Assembly: GCA_965213925.1 (NCBI GenBank)
Contig: OZ243927.1
Location: 3,040,001-3,104,000, forward strand
DNA length: 64,000 nt
Direction: 5' to 3'
Source: Trueperaceae bacterium
GTDB taxonomy: Bacteria; Deinococcota; Deinococci; Deinococcales; Trueperaceae
Position 1 is the stretch's first letter, and the number at the start of each line of letters is the position of its first letter. The notes below the pieces were generated by a model, which was given only the letters and a program-made list of their open reading frames with translations, had not been told where the DNA came from and searched no databases. The position numbers and the translations under genes were made by a program. This document shows positions 58,643 to 64,000 of the stretch, one piece after another.

Positions 58643-59359
58643 ATGCCCCTCACAGACCTCTCCGTGCTCCTCATTGTCACCTTCGCCGCCTTTGTCCGCG
58701 CGACGGTGGGGTTTGGCGACGCGCTCATCGCCATGTCGCTGCTCGTTTTGGTCACAGGTTTGGAGACCGCGACGCCGCTCGTCGGTTTGCTCGGCGTTTC
58801 GACGGCGGCGCTTATGCTGCTCCTCTCCTGGCAACAAGTGGACATGAAAAGTATCGCCCCCTTTCTCGGCGCGTCGGCGCTCGGCATTCCGCTGGGCGCA
58901 CTTCTCTTGACCCGTTTCAGCGGCGACGTTCTTATCGCAGGCTTAGGCGTGGTTCTAGTGAGTTTCGGTCTCTTTAAGCTTGCGCAACCTACGCTGCCCG
59001 CCCTGCGCCACCCCGCGCTCACGTTCACGCTCGGGCTGCTCTCCGGGCTTTTCGGCGGCGCGTATAACGTGAGCGGTCCCGTAGCCGTGCTCTACGGCGG
59101 GTTGAGGAGGTGGCCGCCGGAGGTCTTTAGGGCGAGCTTGCAAGGCTACTTCATCGTGACGAGCGTGCTGATCGCCACCTCGCACGGGGTGTACGGGCTC
59201 TGGAGCGCACACGTGTGGCAGCTTTACGCCTTCGCCGTGCCGCTCTCCGCGGCGGCGATCGTTGCAGGGCATAACGTTGCGAAGCGCGTGCCGCGCGGGG
59301 GGTTGGAGCGCCTTATCAACGTCGCCACCGTGCTGCTAGGGCTCACGCTGATGTTCTAA
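58643..59359 (+). CDS. TauE/SafE (TSUP) family transporter
   Basis: ATVGFGDALI, GLLSGLFGGAYNVSGP, hydrophobic throughout. Confidence 0.88.
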   Translation: MPLTDLSVLLIVTFAAFVRATVGFGDALIAMSLLVLVTGLETATPLVGLLGVSTAALMLLLSWQQVDMKSIAPFLGASALGIPLGALLLTRFSGDVLIAGLGVVLVSFGLFKLAQPTLPALRHPALTFTLGLLSGLFGGAYNVSGPVAVLYGGLRRWPPEVFRASLQGYFIVTSVLIATSHGVYGLWSAHVWQLYAFAVPLSAAAIVAGHNVAKRVPRGGLERLINVATVLLGLTLMF

Positions 59360-59419
59360 ATGTGCGCGCGCAGCGCCGGGTAAAGAAAGAGATATGTCAT
59401 TCTGACCCTACGAACATCT

Positions 59420-61237
59420 ATGAGCCTACCCGACTACAAACTACAGTTCGACTTTCCTAACGCTTCCGGCGAGCGCGAACGTCTCTCCTTCGACCACCCC
59501 ACCGAGCTGATCGTCGCACATCATGTAGATGAAGTTCAGCCTTGCTTTGAAGCGGTGGAAAGAGCCGTGAGCGAGGGCAAGTACGTCGCGGGCTACGTAG
59601 CGTATGAGGCGGCTCCCGCGTTTGATAGCGCGATGTCCGCCGCTGAGACCAGTGCCGAGACCAACGCCGAGACTAAGGCTGAAATCAACGCCCGCTTTCC
59701 CCTCCTGTGGTTCGGTGTTTTTGGTCCGCCGAGTACCGCACCTTTATCTCCTGAGGACGAAACACACGAAGACGAAACGTACACCCTATCGGCGTGGGAA
59801 CCCAACGTAACCAAGCCGACGTACGCCTCGGACATCGCGCGCATCAAAGCGGCGATCGCGGGCGGTGAGACCTACCAGGTGAACTACACGCTCAGGCTGA
59901 ACGCCTCGTTTGCGGGCGACGCTTTCGCGCTTTACGAGCAGATGAAGCGTTCGCAAAGAGCGAGCTACAGCGCCTTTTTGGACACGGGTCGGTACAAAAT
60001 CTTGTCGGCGTCGCCTGAGCTATTTTTCAGACTGGACGAAGGAACGTTGCAAACGAAGCCGATGAAAGGGACCATTCGGCGCGGACGCTGTGTCGAGGAG
60101 GACATGGCGCTAAAGTCCGAACTCTACACCTCAGAAAAGAACCGCGCCGAACACGTAATGATCGTTGACCTCTTGCGAAACGACCTGGGTAGAGTCTCCG
60201 AGATGGGCTCAGTTGAGGTGGAAGACCTGTTCGCCGTCGAGACCTACCCGACCTTTTTCACCATGACCTCGACGATCAAGTCGAAGCTCGAGCCGGATAC
60301 GTCCTTCGCTGAACTGTTCGCTGCGCTGTTTCCGTGCGGCTCCGTCACGGGCGCGCCCAAAATTCAGACCATGAAGCTCATCGCGCAGTTAGAAGGCTGC
60401 CCCAGGCGCGTCTACTGCGGCGCGATCGGCTACATCACGCCGGAACGTAACGCCGTCTTCAACGTCCCTATTCGCACCGTGCTGATCGACGCCGAGGCTG
60501 AGCGCGCTGAATACGGCGTCGGCGGCGGCGTCGTGTGGGATTCGGAGGCGGCGGACGAATATGACGAGGCGATGCTCAAAACCTCGTTCTTGAGCACTTC
60601 GCGCCCGGACTTCGACCTACTCGAGACCCTTAAATTCGATGGTCGTCATTATGTGGTGTTAGAGCGGCACATCGCACGCCTGCTAGCGTCGGCGGCGTAT
60701 TTCGGTAGAGACGTCTCTGAGCTTGCGGTGCGGCAATCTCTACAGTCCGTGGCCGAACGTTACGAGGGAAGACCGCGCCGCGTCAGGTTGCTCGTCGGTG
60801 AAGCGGGGCAGGTGTGCGTCTCGAGCACGCCCTTAGGCGACGTTCCCTCACAGATGCGCGCCTGCCTCGCCTCATCACCTGTGAATACGGGCGACGTGTT
60901 TCTCTATCACAAGACCACTAACCGAGACCAATACGAGGCGCATCTCAAAGCGGCGGCGTCTCTAGGCGTCGATGACGTGCTGCTCTGGAACGAACAGGGC
61001 GAGTTGACGGAATTTACCAAAGGCAACGTCGTCGTGGAGCTAGGCGGGGTCAAATGGACACCCTCAAGAGACTGCGGGCTCTTGCAGGGGACGCTCGCGG
61101 AGGAGCTGTTGGCGAAGGAGCAGATTTATCTCAAACGGTTACACAAATCGTGCTTGGACACCTCCTCAAAGGTTTGGTTCATCAACAGCGTGCGGGGTTG
61201 GGTCGAAGTCACGTTGGTCACTCCTAGTCTGACGTAG
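59420..61237 (+). CDS. pabB: Aminodeoxychorismate synthase component I fused to an ADC-lyase (class IV aminotransferase-like) domain
   Basis: GETYQVNYT, SASPELFF, MIVDLLRNDL, FPCGSVTGAPK, then LLETL...HIARL...HKTTNR...INSVRG. Confidence 0.93.
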   Translation: MSLPDYKLQFDFPNASGERERLSFDHPTELIVAHHVDEVQPCFEAVERAVSEGKYVAGYVAYEAAPAFDSAMSAAETSAETNAETKAEINARFPLLWFGVFGPPSTAPLSPEDETHEDETYTLSAWEPNVTKPTYASDIARIKAAIAGGETYQVNYTLRLNASFAGDAFALYEQMKRSQRASYSAFLDTGRYKILSASPELFFRLDEGTLQTKPMKGTIRRGRCVEEDMALKSELYTSEKNRAEHVMIVDLLRNDLGRVSEMGSVEVEDLFAVETYPTFFTMTSTIKSKLEPDTSFAELFAALFPCGSVTGAPKIQTMKLIAQLEGCPRRVYCGAIGYITPERNAVFNVPIRTVLIDAEAERAEYGVGGGVVWDSEAADEYDEAMLKTSFLSTSRPDFDLLETLKFDGRHYVVLERHIARLLASAAYFGRDVSELAVRQSLQSVAERYEGRPRRVRLLVGEAGQVCVSSTPLGDVPSQMRACLASSPVNTGDVFLYHKTTNRDQYEAHLKAAASLGVDDVLLWNEQGELTEFTKGNVVVELGGVKWTPSRDCGLLQGTLAEELLAKEQIYLKRLHKSCLDTSSKVWFINSVRGWVEVTLVTPSLT

Positions 61238-61453
61238 AGACTTTCGTGCTTACCTTGGCCGCGTCCTCCCTCATCTGTCCAGAGCGCTACACTCTTCCCC
61301 TCGAGGTATCGCTATGGTAAACCTAAAGCGTGAATTCAGAAGGTTATACGCGCCGTTATAACAAAGTGCAGGTATCGTCTTATAACGTGCACGTTAGCCG
61401 GTAACGTCTTAGACTGAGCGCGTTTCAGATGATACCTGCACTCGGAGGCTGAC

Positions 61454-62905
61454 ATGGATAAAAAAGCAGACATCGGGCTTATCGGGCTTGCGGTGATGGG
61501 GCAAAACCTCGTTTTGAACATGGACGACCACGACTTTAACGTGGCGGTCTACAACCGCACCACCTCCAAAATGACCGACTTCGTCGCTGGACCCGCCTCG
61601 GACACGAACGTCGAAGGCTTCGAGGAGTTAGAGGACATGGTGGCAGCCTTAGAGAAGCCGCGCCGCGTCATGCTGATGGTCAAAGCGGGCAGCGCCGTGG
61701 ACAAGGTGATCGAGCAGCTTCTGCCGATGTTAGAAGAGGGCGACATCATTATCGACGGAGGCAACGCGAACCATCACGACTCGATACGGCACGCCGAAGA
61801 GCTAGAGGAGAAGGGGCTGCGCTACATCGGCACGGGCATCTCGGGCGGCGAAGAGGGCGCGCGCAACGGTCCCTCGATCATGCCGGGCGGCACGCCGAGT
61901 GCCTGGGAGCACGTCCAGGACATCTTCCAGAGCATCGCCGCGCAAGTGGACGACGTGCCCTGCTGCGACTGGGTCGGCGAGAACGGCGCAGGTCACTTCG
62001 TCAAGATGGTGCATAACGGAATTGAATACGGTGACATGCAGCTCATCTGCGAGGCGTATCACCTGATGAAGTCCGCGCTCGGCATGGACAACGACGAGAT
62101 CGGCGAGACCTTTAGAAAATGGAACGAGGGCAAACTCGACTCGTACCTCATCGAAATCACGGGCGAAATCTTCAAGGCGAAAGACGAGGACGGCTCACCC
62201 CTTATCGATAAGATTTTGGACACAGCTGGACAGAAGGGGACGGGCAAGTGGACGGCGGTCGCCGCTTTAGAGCAAGGCATCCCCTTAACGCTTATCGGCG
62301 AGGCGGTCTTCTCGCGCTTTTTGTCTGCTCTTAAAGGCGAACGCGAAGCAGCCTCAAAAATCCTCGAGGGACCGAGTGACGATGTCGAGATCGACAAAGA
62401 CACCTTCCTCCAAGACCTCGAGCAAGCCCTTTTCGCCGCCAAAGTCACCTCTTACGCGCAGGGCTACATGCTCCTAGGCGCAGCCGCCGACGAGTACGGC
62501 TGGAACCTCAACTATCCGGGCATCGCGCAGATGTGGCGCGGCGGCTGCATCATCCGCTCAGCGTTTTTGAGCGACATCATGGAGGCGTACCAAAGTAACG
62601 AGAACTTGCAAAACCTCCTGCTCGCGCCCTTCTTCAAAAAGCAGATCGACGAGGCGCAAGGCGCGTGGCGGCGCGTGGTCGCTAAGGCGGTCGAACTAGG
62701 GATTCCGGTCCCCGCGTCATCCAGCGCCCTCGCCTTCTACGACGGCTACCGCACAGCGCGGCTGCCCGCCAACCTCCTGCAAGCCCAGCGCGACTACTTC
62801 GGGGCGCACACGTATGAGCGCGTGGACAAAGAGCGCGGCGAGTTCTTCCATACCGACTGGACGGGGCATGGCGGGGACGTACCGTCGGGGTCTTACGAAG
62901 CCTAA
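61454..62905 (+). CDS. gndA: 6-phosphogluconate dehydrogenase, decarboxylating (NADP+)
   Basis: GLAVMG, GISGGEEGA, VKMVHNGIEYGDMQ, QKGTGKW, QAQRDYFGAH. Confidence 0.97.
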   Translation: MDKKADIGLIGLAVMGQNLVLNMDDHDFNVAVYNRTTSKMTDFVAGPASDTNVEGFEELEDMVAALEKPRRVMLMVKAGSAVDKVIEQLLPMLEEGDIIIDGGNANHHDSIRHAEELEEKGLRYIGTGISGGEEGARNGPSIMPGGTPSAWEHVQDIFQSIAAQVDDVPCCDWVGENGAGHFVKMVHNGIEYGDMQLICEAYHLMKSALGMDNDEIGETFRKWNEGKLDSYLIEITGEIFKAKDEDGSPLIDKILDTAGQKGTGKWTAVAALEQGIPLTLIGEAVFSRFLSALKGEREAASKILEGPSDDVEIDKDTFLQDLEQALFAAKVTSYAQGYMLLGAAADEYGWNLNYPGIAQMWRGGCIIRSAFLSDIMEAYQSNENLQNLLLAPFFKKQIDEAQGAWRRVVAKAVELGIPVPASSSALAFYDGYRTARLPANLLQAQRDYFGAHTYERVDKERGEFFHTDWTGHGGDVPSGSYEA

Positions 62906-62920
62906 AAGTATAGAAATGAT

Positions 62921-62948
62921 GAGAGGTAGGGCGCTAGCCTCACCTCTC
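62921..62948. terminator. Hairpin after gnd
   Basis: GAGAGGTAGGGC-GCTA-GCCTCACCTCTC imperfect stem with no U-tract. Confidence 0.45.
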
Positions 62949-63104
62949 AGCGTTGACTTGCGGTCACGACAACTCTGTCCTAAGCCTGGCTACTGCGGCT
63001 CTCGGACAAGCGTCTCTTGTTTGAGGCACCCTTCTGCTCAAATTAAAAGGCGTGCAAATAGCACTACGCCTTCGGAGATTGCGTCACACACGTGAAGAAC
63101 TAGG

Positions 63105-63671
63105 CTACCCAGATTTACCCTGCGCCGCTTGCGCCACGGCCGCGCGGATGCGCTTCGCCCTCGTTTCCGCCCTCTTCGCGGTTTTGATTTGCAGAAGGAT
63201 TTGTTTCTTGACCGAGTCGGGGAACGCCTGGAAGGGTTCCCACGCTCCGCCCTCTTTAAGCGCCGCCATGAGGTCAGTCGGCACCTCTAAGCGCTCGACC
63301 GAATCCAGAAACGTCCACGACCCGTCCGCCTTAGCTCGCTCGATTTTCGCCCTACCCGCCGGGGTCATCTTGCCTTCGGCGAAAAGCTTCACCAAGCGCT
63401 CCTTGTTGACTTTCGACCAGACGCTGCCCACCTTGCGCGGCGTGAAGACCTGTTTGTAGCGCGCCTCGTCCACGCGGTTGACCTTGCTGTCTATCCAGCC
63501 GTAACAGAGCGCCTCCTCGACAGCTTCGTCCCAGGTGACGCTCGGCTCGCCGCTGCCCACCTTGTAGTAGACGAGCCACACGCCGGGGCTCGAGGCGTGA
63601 TTTTCGCGTAGCCAGGTCCGCCAGGCGGCTCCGTTACGGGCATAGACCTCTTCGAAATCAGCTAAGCTCAT
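63105..63671 (-). CDS. YdeI/OmpD-associated family protein
   Basis: WRTWL, EEALCYGWIDS, FTPRK.GS.WS..NK, AKRAETRAKRI. Confidence 0.9.
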   Translation of the reverse strand: MSLADFEEVYARNGAAWRTWLRENHASSPGVWLVYYKVGSGEPSVTWDEAVEEALCYGWIDSKVNRVDEARYKQVFTPRKVGSVWSKVNKERLVKLFAEGKMTPAGRAKIERAKADGSWTFLDSVERLEVPTDLMAALKEGGAWEPFQAFPDSVKKQILLQIKTAKRAETRAKRIRAAVAQAAQGKSG

Positions 63672-63809
63672 CCTTCGCTCCAGGGGTCGTTTGGTAGCCG
63701 AGTGTAACACGGCGCGGCTGGGACGTATCTCGCCGACCTAGATACCCGGCGCACAGACCAATTCACACGCGCGGGCGCATATTAAGCTGGACGCAGATAG
63801 GAGCCCTAC

Positions 63810-64000
63810 GTGACCCAACGCGCCCTCCTGAACGCTCTACTCATCGCTTTCACGCTCTCGGGTGTCGTTCAAGCGCAATCCTCCCATACGGACCGGGAGC
63901 CCGACACCTTCTCGTTCGCGCCCGCCTTTCGCGCAGAGGGTTTTGACGACTTCTCGGTCGGCTTCGCGCTGCGCGGCGTGACCTCAGAGGGGTCGCGCGT
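63810..64000 (+). CDS. Partial secreted hypothetical protein (runs off the window)
   Basis: RBS AGGAG, GTG start, MTQRALLNALLIAFTLSGVVQA-Q signal peptide, frame open to the window end. Confidence 0.6.
   Translation, partial: MTQRALLNALLIAFTLSGVVQAQSSHTDREPDTFSFAPAFRAEGFDDFSVGFALRGVTSEGSR

Noticed and set aside
57601..59028. 475-aa version of the MDR ORF overlapping the TSUP gene
   Set aside because: The N-terminal 139 aa are antisense read-through of the TSUP gene. The RBS and family motifs begin at 58608.

Overview
A GC-rich bacterial chromosomal window, most likely Deinococcota (Trueperaceae-like). That assignment is an inference from the Gly-resume tmRNA tag, the many leaderless-type promoters and the gene content. 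The backbone is ordinary metabolism: a glycerol cluster (six-gene ABC transporter, glpF, glpK), a C45 peptidase/Lrp/Eis-like GNAT locus, GT4 glycosyltransferases, ssrA, a cNMP-TrxB-like flavoprotein, etfBA, purCS, rlmB, an acyl-CoA synthetase, a lactate permease, a heterodimeric ABC exporter, a K+ channel, form II Cox-type molybdenum hydroxylase genes, pullulanase, nupC, pabB-pabC and gnd. The AT-richer accessory patches hold the most interesting material. (i) 55351-57492: a secreted protein predicted to form a disulfide-stapled long helical hairpin with a hydrophobic tip, paired with a lipoprotein. (ii) 14750-18865: a large PKD-repeat lipoprotein with a duplicated unassigned two-Cys domain, split by an intact-looking 771-bp IS1-family element (8-bp TSD, -1 frameshift) and bracketed by transposase remnants. 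(iii) An orphan Imm11-like gene inside an ABC exporter pair. There is also a functionally unknown cupin/Tm-1-like/TIM-barrel operon next to the Cox genes. Non-coding structure includes a TA-flanked MITE family (4 copies), GTAG-type REP palindromes, heptamer-built hairpins, a perfect spacerless 44-bp palindrome and apparent CTCGAG over-representation. No CRISPR array, rRNA, tRNA or prophage was seen. All family assignments come from motif recognition, not database searches.
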